64,000 nucleotides of DNA from Octopus vulgaris (GCA_951406725.2 OX597816.1:39990001-40054000), one strand, 5' to 3'. Shown: positions 49,790 to 63,109, counted from the stretch's first letter. A program made the numbers and translations. The notes: generated from the sequence alone by a model not told the origin.

Positions 49790-51140
49790 TGATGGGGGGG
49801 TATTCTCTTGGTTGTACGTCGCTGAACGGTTTCCAGACGATTAATATCCTGGACAAGATAGGGGTTCCAGACCGGTGATGCAAATTCCAGGTGAGGCCGC
49901 ACTGTAGCTATATAAAGCATCAGATAGATAGCCAGAGAGCGGCCCACAAAGGACTTGGTAAGTGATGCTAAGACACCCTCAGCCTTCTTTGCAATTTTAG
50001 CCACGTGTTTTGTCCAACGCAAATCGCTGTCGACAATAATGCCCAGGTCACGTTCACAAGAAGACTTTTTGAGATTAATGTTGTAGAGGGAGTAAGTAGA
50101 CGCTGGGTTTTTCCTCCCAAAATGCATGGTGGTACATTAGTCCACAGCCAGCTTGAGTTGCCAGTCCATGATCCATTGCTGCATCGTGTCCAGGTCCGAT
50201 TGCAATAAAGATCTATATTGTTCAGGATCTGTCCTCTTTATTTCGAGTTTCAGCTTGATGTCATCTACATATTTCAGCACTCTGGCATTCTTTAAGTTGG
50301 CATCTATGTCATTAACATATGCAACAAATAAAAGGGGGCCAAGAACAGATCTCTGTGGTATACCAGATGTCATCTCATAGGGCGAAGAGTGCTGTCCTAG
50401 AACTGTGACAACCTCTTTTCGGCCGATAATGGACTTCAATCAGTTATAGAGATAATCTCTTACACTCATTGCAGAGAGTTTCACCATAAGGCTTTTGTGT
50501 GGCACAGAATTAAAAGCCTTAGCAAAGTCCAGGTAAACAACATCCTCCCAGGATCCGCCATCAGTGATTCGGGTAATGTCCAAGAAACTCGATGAATTGA
50601 TTACAGAAGCTGGAGTTAGGAATAAATCCAAATTGTGACGGCTGGATGAGGCTGTGAGACTTCCAGAAGTTCCAGAGGGTTTCTCTGACACAGTATTCCA
50701 TCAGTTTGGCGATGCAGCAAGTAAGACTAATGGGGCGATAGTTGATAGGCGATGTGCGGTCACCTTTTTTGAACAGAGGAATAACACTGGTAATTTTACA
50801 CTGCTCTGGAGTAACACCATTGTCAAGACAGAATTGAAAGAATAGTGAAAGTTGGTTTAGAAGAAAGTACCCACCGCGTTTGAGAAGTAGGTATGTAACA
50901 CCATCGAGACCAGGAGAGGCATAGTTACGTTTATTCTTAAGGTGGCATTGTAGCATTGCTGGTGTAAATTTCATAGTAGTTATAGAGTTTGGTGTCAGAG
51001 GTGATGGAGATGGAGCATTTTGACCTTCGACAGTAAAGATGCTTGCATAGCATTCAGTAATGATTCTGCACATGCTTTGGGATTGTCAGTAATCTGGCTT
51101 GTGTGGGGATTGCGAAGGGGGCCAACTGGAAAGTGAGGTG
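49790..51140 (-). mobile_element. Decayed CR1-clade LINE reverse transcriptase
   Basis: SPGLDG, PLFKKGDR...NYRPISLT, QFGF, VYLDFAKAFNSVPH, SGIPQRSVLGPLLF..YVND, KYVDDIKL, ERDLGI, VRPHLEFASPVWNPY in frameshifted ORFs. Confidence 0.92.
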
Positions 51141-51159
51141 TCTTATATGTTTTTGCGAA

Positions 51160-51340
51160 ATGTTCTTAATTCGCAACGCACCTTTTATTATTAATGTCGA
51201 ATTACTGATTATATTTACACTAATTAATGTTGGGAGAAATTACCTTAATTTGCAATAAAAATACTTGTAAAAAAAATGAAGGTAATAAGAAAGTTTTTAA
51301 GAACCCAAATGTTGAAAAAGTCAATATTATGTTGGAAGAA
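51160..51340 (+). repeat. ~180-bp interspersed repeat abutting (CA)n
   Basis: Near-identical copy at ~54392-54572. Confidence 0.85.
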
Positions 51341-51377
51341 ACACACACACACCCGCACGCGCATACACACACACACA

Positions 51378-51423
<46 letters not shown>

Positions 51424-51451
51424 TACACTCACACACACAGACACAGACACA

Positions 51452-51507
<56 letters not shown>

Positions 51508-51881
51508 TTTCCAAGCTTAATTTCTTGCTGGGTGGGGAAAAAATTGCTTTGGATCGAAGAAGAGAAAAGTGAAGAGGAGAGGTTACTCTTGGGTTTGTTT
51601 GATTTTCACACACACACGACAAAGAAAACTATATTTTAACAACTCATAAATATTTTCTACCATGAACAATATATGTATGTATATATATTGTTTCTGCATA
51701 CACCACATGTACTTTGGACGTTGGATTTTGTGAAAGTTTGATTCCTTAGAAGCTTCGTTGTCGTGACAATTAAAGTTAAAGAATTTAAAAAAAAAACGTG
51801 GAAGAATCGAGACGATGGAGTGTTTGTTCTTCCTCATTTAAGAAATGCATGATTGTCACACAATTCCACCCCAGTCATATC

Positions 51882-51940
<59 letters not shown>

Positions 51941-52227
51941 CTGTACTTTATGTAAGTCTGTGCTCGATATACCTGGCACGGATAACCAACTAAATTGAGA
52001 ACAACCTTAGTATTTAACATATGGAACTAAACAGTTATAAGTGCTACCAGCTTACCAGAAAACTTACCAAATATATTTGGTTTTTGGATTTGGTTTGCAA
52101 AATTCTTTATATGAGTTCGTGTGTTGAAGCATATTCTGTTGTGTCTGCGGAGAGTCAGTCTCTTTTAGTGCCTTATTATTTAACACACTCACCGGTAAAA
52201 TTTCCACTTATTTCTTATTTTTATTTT

Positions 52228-52264
52228 CTAAAATTTTCGTTGCGTCTTGCAACCTTTTCAATAG
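52228..52264 (-). ncRNA. Hammerhead-like motif with U3-A8 core
   Basis: CTA-TTGAAAA-G-GTTGC-aagac-GCAAC-GAA-AATT-T-TAG. Confidence 0.5.
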
Positions 52265-52780
52265 TCTTGACTCTCTATATTACCAAATATAGAAATATAT
52301 TAATGTACCCCGAAAGTATATAAAACAATACACATGCACACACCCACTTATACTTCGTGTAAGTTTATGTTCGATATAACCGGCGTGGATAACCAGTCAA
52401 GTCGTGGGTTACCGTGGTAATTAATATATATAACAATACAATTATATATAACAATACAATTCGGCGGGGGAGGTTGAAATTTGATATTGTTGTAATGAGT
52501 GGTCAGTCCACACCTATCCATCACTACAGGCTTATAGCTTTAAGTTTATAGTGTGTGTGTGTGCGTGCATATACACACATACATACGTACATAATACATA
52601 CATACATACATACATACATACATACATACATACATACATACATACATACATACACACATGCGTACGTACGTACATACATACATGCATGCATGCATACATG
52701 CGTGCATACATACATACACACATACATACGTACATATATATAACGAACTAACTGTTACTTTCTCAGATGCAGCACGGATT

Positions 52781-52831
52781 TTTGTCAGTGAACAGGTCGC
52801 GGTCTTAAAGCAACGAAAATATTTTGCCAAA
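52781..52831 (+). ncRNA. Hammerhead-like motif with G3-C8 core
   Basis: TTTGTCA-GTGAACA-G-GTCGC-ggtcttaaa-GCAAC-GAA-AATATT-T-TGCCAAA. Confidence 0.5.
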
Positions 52832-54186
52832 TTAAACTTAAATGTTGAAGTGAATCGAACAGCTTTTGTGTGTTTCTTAAATGGCTTACAAACACCTTCC
52901 ACGCTGCAATTATAGGTGGTTTTACGTTTGCCACAATGATATGTAACACCAGGGTGCCACCAAGCTTGCTGAATATAAGAAGGCTGTTTTTCCTGAGATG
53001 CGTATTAACATCTGTACTTCGTGCAAGTTTGTGCTCAATATAAACAGGTGTAAATAGCCAACCAAGTCGGGGGCCAACTTGGTATTTAAAATACTAACAC
53101 AGAAAAAAGCACAGAAAAATATTAACACATAGAAAGAGGCACAAAAAATACTAACACACAGAAGCACAGAAAAATTAAAACAAAACACACGGGAGAAAAG
53201 AATCTTGTGGTGTGAAGAATTAAGAGCGAAAAATCAACATAGACAACAGTGAATCACAACGCAGCGTGTGGTTGTCATGGTAACAAGCTGCTAATAGCAC
53301 ACTGTCAGTTGATTGGCTAAAATTATCCAAATTTCCCAACTTTAATGCCAAATAACATCAAATACTTTAAATTACGAGACAAATTAATTGGTTGATCGCA
53401 ATCAAAATTTAGAGTTGCATCGATACAACAAAATTGAAAGCAATTTGAGCAAAATTAAGGGCGGGGCTCATTTTGCGAAATCGAAAGACTAGATCCATGT
53501 ATGTATGTATGTGTGTGTATGTATGTATGTATGTATGTATGTATGTATGTATGTATGTGTGTGTATGTATGTATGTATGTATGTATGTATGTATGTATGT
53601 ATGTATGTGTGTGTATGTATGTATGTATGTGTGTGTGTTTGTATGTATGTATGTATGTATGTATGTATGTATGTATGTATGTATGTATGTATGTATGTAT
53701 GTACGTACGTACGTATGTATGTATGCTTGTCTGTCTGTCTGTATGTATATATATATGTGTGTGTGTGTATGTGTGTGCGTGTATGCACGTGTTTGTATAT
53801 GTATGCGTATGTATTTGAACATTTTTTTCTTTAAGATTTAAGTTCTTTTTTACGAAATTCGCAGTGACACTTTACGGAATTCAAAGTGACACTATCGAAG
53901 TGACAAGGCTCTTTTGTATATATGCAAGAACACGTGAATGTTTGTATGTGTTTGTGTGGGTGAATGAGAAAAATAACTGGCAGAACTATTGATCAATATC
54001 AGATTCAGTTATGTTAATTTCTTTGTTTCACAAATGCTTTGGATTCATATGATACAAAACCTAGTTACCTAATTCCTATTACGTATATTTTATTGATTTA
54101 CAAAAGTATACCTGCCTCCTTACCTGTGAATATTTTTCACTGTTTCTCTATAGAGCGGAGGCGACGAATCTCGTCTAAGTGTGCGA

Positions 54187-54257
54187 CTGGCTGTGAATAC
54201 CAATCACTGACGAGGCCCAACGAGGTCGAAACGCATCTGGCGTCATTCACTAGCCGG
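54187..54257 (+). ncRNA. Type I hammerhead ribozyme with extended stem I
   Basis: CTGGCT-GTGAAT-accaa-TCA-CTGACGA-GGCC-caacga-GGTC-GAA-ACGCAT-C-TGG-cgtc-ATTCAC-t-AGCCGG. Confidence 0.75.
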
Positions 54258-54352
54258 TGCTGGACAATTTTCATATCAATCCGACACACGCACGCACACA
54301 CACACACACACACATGCACACACACACATGCACACACACACACACACACGCG

Positions 54353-54395
<43 letters not shown>

Positions 54396-54602
54396 TCTTA
54401 ATTAGCAACGCATCTTTTATTAATAATGTTGAATTACTGATTATATTTACACTAATTAATGTTGGGAGAAATTACCTTAATTTGCAATAAAAATACTTGT
54501 AAAAAAATGAAGATAATAAGAAAGTTTTTTAAGAACCCAAATGTTGAAAAAGTCAATATTATGTTGGAAGAAACACACACACACGCACGCACACACACAC
54601 AC

Positions 54603-54634
<32 letters not shown>

Positions 54635-54844
54635 TCGCACTCGCGTACATACACATATACATCAGGGTGCCCTTGATAATTTCGAAAATCGAAAGGATTG
54701 TGAATAGTACTGTGAGTGCCATAATCTGAATAAATAAAATTGTTTCCATTTTATGTTATCGAGTACTTCATCTTATATTGTGAATCTTCATAGTCTTTAA
54801 TCTCTACATGTATATACGGTTATATGTATAAATGTATATGCACA

Positions 54845-54901
<57 letters not shown>

Positions 54902-55021
54902 ACACACACACACACATATGTATATAGAGATAGGGAAAATTCACACACACAAAAAAAGACGAAGACAGGTGGAGTAGACAACAAACATATGTATTAGTAT
55001 AACGCTCGGGAAGTGAAAAAG

Positions 55022-55059
55022 TCTTCAACGTTTCGAGCCTACGCTCTTCCACAGAAAGG
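55022..55059 (-). ncRNA. Variant hammerhead-like motif, family E copy 3
   Basis: CCTTT-CTGTGGA-A-GAGC-gtag-GCTC-GAA-ACGT-T-GAAGA. Confidence 0.5.
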
Positions 55060-55122
55060 AACACATAAAGAAACAAGGAGAGAAGATAAAGAATGTGTAG
55101 TGGCTAGCGATATATGTATATG

Positions 55123-55350
55123 AGGCGGCGAGCTGGCAGAAACGTTAGCACGCCGGGCGAAATGCGTAGCCGTATTTCGTCTGCCGTTACGTTCTGGGTT
55201 CAAATTCCGCCGAGGTCGACTTTGCCTTTCATCCTTTCGGGGTCGATAAATTAAGTACCAGTTACGCACTGGGGTCGATGTAATCGATTTAATCCGTTTG
55301 TCTGTCCTTGTTTGTCCCCTCTGTGTTTAGCCCCTTGTGGGTAGTAAAGA

Positions 55351-55423
<73 letters not shown>

Positions 55424-55880
55424 GCGCGCGCACACACACACACATATAGGCGCAGGCATAGCTGCGTGGTAAGAAGCTTGCCTCCCAACCACATGATTCC
55501 GTGTTCAGTCCCACTGCGTAGCGCCTTAGGCAAAAGCATCCCCTTAACACCTTGAATCTGATTTCATTCACCCGAAAATAGAGGTAATATTTCGATATAG
55601 AAACAATATTACTAAAACATAAAAAGCAGTTCTTTAACATACAATACCTACTTCTTTATTACCCACAAGGGGCTAAACACAGAGGGGACAAACAAGGACA
55701 GACATAGGTATTAAGTCGATTACATCGACCCCAGTGCGTAACTGGTACTTAATTTATCGACCCCGAAAGGATGAAAGGCAAAGTCGACCTCGGCGGAATT
55801 TGAACTCACAACGTAACGCAGACGAAATGCCACTAAGCATTTCGCCCGGCGTGCTAACGTTTCTGCCAGCTCGCCGCCTT
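55123..55880. mobile_element. Two young SINE family B copies in inverted (tail-to-tail) orientation
   Basis: 55123-55354 (+) and ~55648-55880 (-). Confidence 0.88.
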
Positions 55881-55899
55881 CATACAATACCGTGAACAC

Positions 55900-56580
55900 C
55901 GAAGCGAAGAAACATGACATCTTATAAGTAATATAAGACCGAATGGACCATCTCGCCATATAGCTTCCTTACATCACCCTCAAGGGCCACAAAAACAACT
56001 TTTTTTTCCATCCGCAAATCCCAGCAAGTTAATCCATCTAACAGCGAATTAATATTAGTCAGTAAGTGCATTCTAGGTGCCATTAGATCTATGGAACGGA
56101 AGTGTTGTTCTCATCAAGTGGTTTCTTGGCATTGAAAGTAAAGCAACTTGAAGATTTATCCATTTCGATACAGTAAATTGCTGTTTACCAATACAAGAAA
56201 CCTTCCTTCCGAAAGCCGTAGATTTCAGTAAACACTTCACTAAGTTTAACGAATTGGTCTTTAGGATAGTGATGAATATCAAGAACCTTGTTATACAATA
56301 GCATTAGCTACTGGTTCAAAAAGGAAGGCGATGCACTTCTCGATGCCTTCATATGTATCTATGATGATGTGGAAATGGTTTATTTTGATGGCCTGCTCAT
56401 CCGTGACACCCTCAGAAACTGAACTTCCGTACTGCTCTGATTTGTATAGAACTGGTGGCCTGACATGTCTTGGGTATGATTTTTAACAGCATCTAGTACA
56501 GAAGCCCTGGTTCGGAATTTCCAAGGTTTTGAGGCATGTGGAGGTATTATTGTTCTAAGATCTACTTTGATCCATAGTAG
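55900..56580 (+). mobile_element. Decayed Penelope-like element reverse transcriptase
   Basis: Manual translation: YITLKGHKNNF, VNPSNSEL..VSKCIL, LWNG..VLIKWF, FIHFD, KAVDF, WFKKEGDALLD...YDDVE...GLLI, LYRTGGL (YRDDGL-type active-site region, mutated). Confidence 0.7.
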
Positions 56581-57646
56581 ACACATCCGTCTGGTTATTT
56601 AGTTAATTAGAGTGTCATAGAATTGCCCCCGGAAGAAGGTTACTCACAGACACCCCAAAGGACTCAGAGCAGATGAGAACCTTCAGCTCTTTAGCTTCTC
56701 ATGTAGGAAAATGTAACTCCATATATTTCCTACATCCCGATAACTATTGAGCTCGAAGTGCTTGTTTCTGACCAATACAAGTTTGAAAGACGAGAGATTG
56801 AGACTGGCTCTGCACAAACCATGACCACTATAATAATATAGTGTTCAGCAAACCAAGTTACCACTTTGGTGACAGGGAAATCGGTTACGTGACAGGTAGA
56901 GAGTGCTACTGAATACACGAGCCATAAGTTGATGGGCGTTGTTGATCTGTGTTATGCCGAACCCTCATTTGTTAAACCGACTAGAGAGCCCACCGATGAC
57001 CTGAAAATCCCACGCAGTATAAATTGATGTGCCATGGACAGATTTAAGGTGGAACTTTATACGGTGTATTCAAGGAGTTTGACTTAAATGTAACTGTTAG
57101 GTTAGTACCAAAGTAACGATATCTGTCTAGATGTTACTTTAGATCTAAGGGCAGTAACCACTACACCTAGAGGAAACTAAGCTAAGACACTATATCACTG
57201 TATCGACCTGATTATCGTATTTTGTTACATCCCGTTGGTCACAACGTGTTTCCTCGCATTGTTGTAGTTTTCGAATGAAACCACCCCTGACCAAAACGTC
57301 AGTGCGTTGCAGGGTTACCTATTTACAGGTGAGTGTACGGGAGCGACTTGAAATGAAATGTTTTGCTCAAGAACACAATGCTCTGCCGATCTGGGAATCA
57401 AAATGATAATTTTGCAATCATTTCGATTCCCAGACCATTAGGCCATGCACTTTCACAAGGGACTGTATACTTTGCCAAAATGTCTTCCACCAACGATCTC
57501 TAACTTTCTAGATATTATTTTAAATGTAAGACGAGTAACTACTATTCTTGGAGGAAACTAAACTAAAACTCTCTACATTTGTTATGCAGAGGAATACTGA
57601 TATCAGTTGAGAAATGTTGATAAACAAGATATTGATAAACAAGATA

Positions 57647-57811
57647 GGCGCAGGAGTGGCTGTGTGGTAAGTAGCTTGCTTACCAACCACATGGTTCTGG
57701 GTTCAGTCCCACTGGGTGGCACCTTGGGCAAGTGTCTTCTACTATAGCCTCGGGCAGACCAAAGCCTTGTGAGTGGACCTGGTTGATGGAAACTGAAAGA
57801 AGCCCGTCGTA

Positions 57812-57904
<93 letters not shown>

Positions 57905-58119
57905 TTGTGTGTCTGTGTTTGTCCCCCAACATCGCTTGACAACCGATGCTGGTGTATTTACGTCCCCGTAACTTAGCGGTTCAGCAAAAGAGACCCGATA
58001 GAATAAGTACTAGGCTTACTAAGAATAAGTCCTGAGGTCGATTTGCTCGACTAAAGGCGGTACTCCAGCATGGCCGCAGTCAAATTCAAATGACTGAAAC
58101 AAGTAAAAGAGAAAAGAGA
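57647..58119 (+). mobile_element. SINE family A, full-length reference copy
   Basis: GGCGCAGGAGTGGCTGTGTGG A-box-like, GGTTCAGTCCC B-box-like, internal (TA)n(TG)n; more than 15 copies/fragments in the window (e.g. 20893, 27040, 31890, 39403, 40560, 58750, 60075). Confidence 0.9.
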
Positions 58120-59785
58120 AAAAAAAATGCTACGAACGACTAAACATCGATAGAGTTTGGAAATAATTGTTCTTGGATTGGTGTGATTGTAGCAGCAGTC
58201 AAAATGTGGTTAGCTGCTGGTCGTGCTGTCTTCAAATGTCTATCGTTCGCCATCTGATCATTGCTTTGACTGCTGTCAGCTTGGGTCCGCTGCTGCCCGC
58301 CGTACTTTTACTGTTTGTATGCTGTCTCGTCTATTCGTAGAATTTAAGGTGCGCTGAATATTTGGTGATGGTTAGTCTCAGAAAGAAACACGCCAAAAGA
58401 TGAAATTGTTGCTGGAGGCGGTTCCTGGTAAAATCTTGATTGGTCAGATCTTTTCGATGAGGAGTGTAATATTCTAGCGAATCGCGAAATCGGATATAGC
58501 GATCTGATTTCTAAATATCCCCGCTTTCTCAAAATGTTCTCTTCCGGGTATGATTAGAAGCTTAGTTGCTGGTTGGAGAGTAAGGTGCTGCTAGTTTAGA
58601 CAGAGGCTATCCAATCATACCAATTCAAACGAGAGATAAGGAGTAGGAAATAAGTTGATTTAATTTCAGCCTACAGGCTTGGCGTCTCTATGAAGGTAAC
58701 TATAAAGTATAGCTGTCTTCATTCTTAGATAGAATGAGACATAAACATTCTCTCTTTACTCTTTACTCTTTTACTTGTTTCAGTCATTTGACTGCGGCCA
58801 TGCTGGAGCACCGCCTTTAATCGAGCAACTCAACCCCGGGACTTATTCTTTTGTAAGCCCAGTACTTATTCTATCGGTCTCTTTTGCCGAATCGCTAAGT
58901 TACGGGGACATAAACACACCAGCATCGGTTGTCAAGCAATGCTAGGGGACAAACACACACACACAAACACACACACGCATACATATACATATATACGACG
59001 GGCTTCTTTCAGTTTCCGTCTACCAAATCCACTCACAAGGCTTTGGTCGGCCCGAGGCTATAGTAGAAGACACTTGCCCAAGGTGCCACGCAGTGAGACT
59101 GAACCCGGAACCATGTGGTTGGTAGACAAGCTACCTACCACACAGCCACTCCTGCGCCTATTCATATAAAATGACACCCAAACACACGCATATACTTGCA
59201 TATTCACATACACGCGCACTTTATATGCACATAAACATCTCTATGTATGTATATAAGCATGTAGGTATGTAATGTGTGTACATATGAATGTATGTATGTA
59301 GCTCTCCGTCTTTGTCTATCTTTCTGTCTGTGTCTCTATCTATCTATTTGTCCGTCCATCCATCTATCTGTCCATCTATTCGTTCATCCATCCATATATA
59401 AGTCTCACACATGCCAGCTTAATTTAATTTGTCCTTAATCGAAAGACACCTGTTGTTATGTCCTGTTATTTGTATTTGTGTAACATTCTCCGTTTTTTTC
59501 GTCCTTGCTTTCGTATACATTCGCTGTTTCTTCCAAAGAATCTAAAGCTTTTAGCTTAGTTTTTTCTTGCGGCTGACCAGATTGGAACAATCTTAAGTAT
59601 AACCAGCCGAAATTGCAAAGATAATCTGGAACTCGCCTGAGGAAAGAAAACTCCGAATGACCCGTCCTTGTTTTCTTTGTATCGTCTATCTGGATGTTTG
59701 TTGTCCCTTTTTTGTATCACCTAACTGTCTGGATGTTTTACGTTCATGTCCCATTTTGTATTCTTCATATACATATATAAGTCAG

Positions 59786-59886
<101 letters not shown>

Positions 59887-60499
59887 GCAAGTAGCATGTA
59901 AACAAATGGACAGATACATAAGAGTAAGTTGACAAACAACAGATAAACAACTATAGGCTGTTAGATAGATTGAGAGGCAGATATATTTTTCAGACAGAAT
60001 AGATTGAAGACATACATACATACATACATACATACATACATACATACATACATACATACATACACATGTATTCCTTTACTTGTTTCAGTCATTTGACTGC
60101 GGCTATGCTGGAGCACCGCCTTAAAGGGTTTTAGTGGAAGAAATAGACTCTAGGGCTTATTCTTTGTAAGCCCAGTACTTATTTTCTCGGACTCTTTTGT
60201 CGAACTGCTATGTTACGGAGACATAAACACAGCAGCATCGGTTGTCAAGTGATGACGAGGAGACTAACAGATAACACATATAAATACATACACATACTCA
60301 CACACACACATACATATGAGAGGTTTTGGTATCCAGAAGATCCGAAGGGCAGGTAAGGCTATGTAAGTGCTACGGAAGGACAGCAGTTAGATTCCCGGTT
60401 CGATAATAGCATGAGTGAGGATCGTGTGTGAGTGTGTATAGGTTAAAAAAAATGAGACAACAAAGCCAATGCAATGTGAATTTCAGAAAGAGAAGGGTA

Positions 60500-60547
60500 G
60501 TCTTACAGCTGTTTCAGGGATATAAAAGATATTCCATCATCAGAGAC
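60500..60547 (-). ncRNA. Minimal type I hammerhead ribozyme motif
   Basis: Minus strand: GTCT-CTGATGA-TGGAATATCTTTTATATCCCT-GAA-ACAGCTGT-A-AGAC; stem I GTCT/AGAC, palindromic stem III, GUA site. Confidence 0.75.
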
Positions 60548-60839
60548 GATATGAGGGAGTTCAATATAAGAAGGTATTTTGGAAAGGGAAAAATTTAGGA
60601 AATATAAGAATAAAAATAAAGATATATGTATACGACGGGTTTCTTTCAGTTTTCTTCTATCTAATCCACTCACAAAGCTTTGGTCGGCCCAAGGCTATAG
60701 TAGAGGACACTTACCCAAGGGGCCACGCAATGAGACAACCTTGAACCATGTGGTTGGAAAGCAAGCTTCTTATCATACAGCCGCGCCTCATATATATATA
60801 TATATATGCGTGCATGTGTGTTTGTGACCGTGAATGAGT

Positions 60840-60922
<83 letters not shown>

Positions 60923-61012
60923 AAGGGAAAGTTTACGAAAATAAACAAAAGACAAAGCAGGTGGAGTACAAACAAACAAATGTATTAGTATAGCGCTCAG
61001 GAATAGAAAAAG

Positions 61013-61050
61013 TCTTTTACGTTTCGAGCCTACGCTCTTCGACAGAAAGA
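61013..61050 (-). ncRNA. Variant hammerhead-like motif, family E copy 4
   Basis: TCTTT-CTGTCGA-A-GAGC-gtag-GCTC-GAA-ACGT-A-AAAGA. Confidence 0.55.
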
Positions 61051-62049
61051 TACACAGAAAAAAACAAGGAGAGAAACAAGGAGAGAAAAAAATGCGTGTA
61101 GTAGCTAACGATCTATCATGGCGTATATATATATGAAAGAAATCCTGTATCCAAGAAGCCCACTTTGTGATTAACAGCTAGTCAGTCATACAACGAGACA
61201 CATAGAGACAGGTAGTTAAAAATATACAAGCAGACAGATAGACGCACTACCAGTCTTAAAAATAGATCGGCACACATATAAAAAGGCAAACAGGTAGACG
61301 TATAAGGGGCTAGACAGGCTCGTTGCCAGACTTTGGTGCCTGGGGATGCTTCAGAATATTCTGGGTGGGCACTAATTTGTAATAATGCTAAAGTGGACTT
61401 CCGAAACGAAATAAGTGTATCACTGTAAATCTGAGGGTGCACCATTTAATAGTGAGGGCGCAGTGCCTCTCAGAGAATCCCCTTAGCAACAGGCATGGGC
61501 TTGATAGATAACACTACAGATAGTAGGTGTAACCGTATATATAGTACAGCAAGGTGCAGGTGTGGGTATGTGGTTAAGAAACTCGCTTTGTAACCACGTG
61601 TTTCGGGTTCAGTCCCACTGTACGGCACCTTGAGCAAGTGTCTCCTATTATTTCCCTGGGCCACCGACACCTTGATTGACTTAAGAGACTCGAAAGGATG
61701 AAAGGAGAAGTGGATGTGGCCGAATTTGAACTCAGAGCGTTAGATAGATAAATAGGTATATTGAACGACAGCTAAATAGATTGATATACAGAGATAGAGA
61801 GGTAGATGGTCACATATTGATAGACAGATTGATAGATAGATAAATAGATAGATTAACAGATAACTAGATAGACTGATAAACAAATAGATAAGTTGATAGA
61901 GAAATCAATAGGTGATTGACTAAAATATAAGAAGATTTATAGACGTCCAAATGGATAGACATACAGACAGAAAGACCGACAAACAAGTAAATAGATAGGC
62001 TGATAATCAGACAGTTAGATGAAAGATAAACATATGTATATATATATTA

Positions 62050-62372
62050 TAGGAGCACTCCGTCGGTTACACGACGAGGGTCCCAGCTGATACGATCAAC
62101 GGAACAGCCTGCTCGTGAAATTAACGTGCAAGTGACTGAGCAATCCACAGACACGTGTACCCCTAACACAGTTCTCAGGGAGATTCAGCGTGACACAGAG
62201 TGTGACAAGGCTGGCCCAATGAAATACAGGTACAACTCATTTTTGCCAGCTGAGTGGACTGGAGCAACGTGAAATAAAGTGTCTTGCTCGAGGACACAAC
62301 GCGTCGCCGGGAATCGAACTCACGACCTTACAATCGTGAGCCGAATGCCCTAACTACTGAGCAACGCGCCTT
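62050..62372 (-). mobile_element. tRNA-derived SINE with family G head/core and a different tail
   Basis: Shares TTGTGTCCTCGAGCAAGACACTTTATTTCACGTTGCTCCAG with 163-480, then diverges. Confidence 0.7.
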
Positions 62373-62393
62373 CACTATATATATATGTATGTA

Positions 62394-62467
<74 letters not shown>

Positions 62468-62713
62468 CTCACCTACCTCCCTGTTTGTCTATCTCTGAGT
62501 TCAACAGATACAGACAAATGTGGACCGACAAATAAATAAACTGAAATATGAACAGGTAGATTGACAGGTAAAAAGATGGACAGACAGACAGACAGACAGA
62601 TGATAGGTAGACATAAATAGGTAGACGAGTAGATCGAAAGAAACACTTTACTTCAAAAACAAAATTATTGATTTTTTAAACTTAGGCACGAAGTTACCGA
62701 TTGTGCGGGGGTG

Positions 62714-62757
<44 letters not shown>

Positions 62758-62803
62758 TCGAATCCACTCTTTCTCTCTTGATACACATATATGTATGTGT
62801 GTG

Positions 62804-62857
<54 letters not shown>

Positions 62858-63073
62858 ATATATATATATATATATATATAATTGCGTCGGCCAGAGGCTA
62901 TTGAAGAAGACACTTGCCCAACGTGTCACGCAGTGATACTGAACCCAGAACCATGCGGTTGAGAAGCAAACTTTTTACCACACAGCCATGCCGACATCTT
63001 TCTCTCTTTCTCTCTCTCTCTCCACACACACGCACACACATACACACACACACACACACACATATACATATGT

Positions 63074-63109
<36 letters not shown>

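Noticed and set aside
45374-53841. Many ORFs of the MYVC/YIHT/HTHT/YLSI type
   Set aside because: Stop-free translations of di- and tetranucleotide microsatellites
56620-57050. Possible Tx1/L1-type RT fragment
   Set aside because: Only vague motif resemblance with several stops; cannot be supported without a profile search
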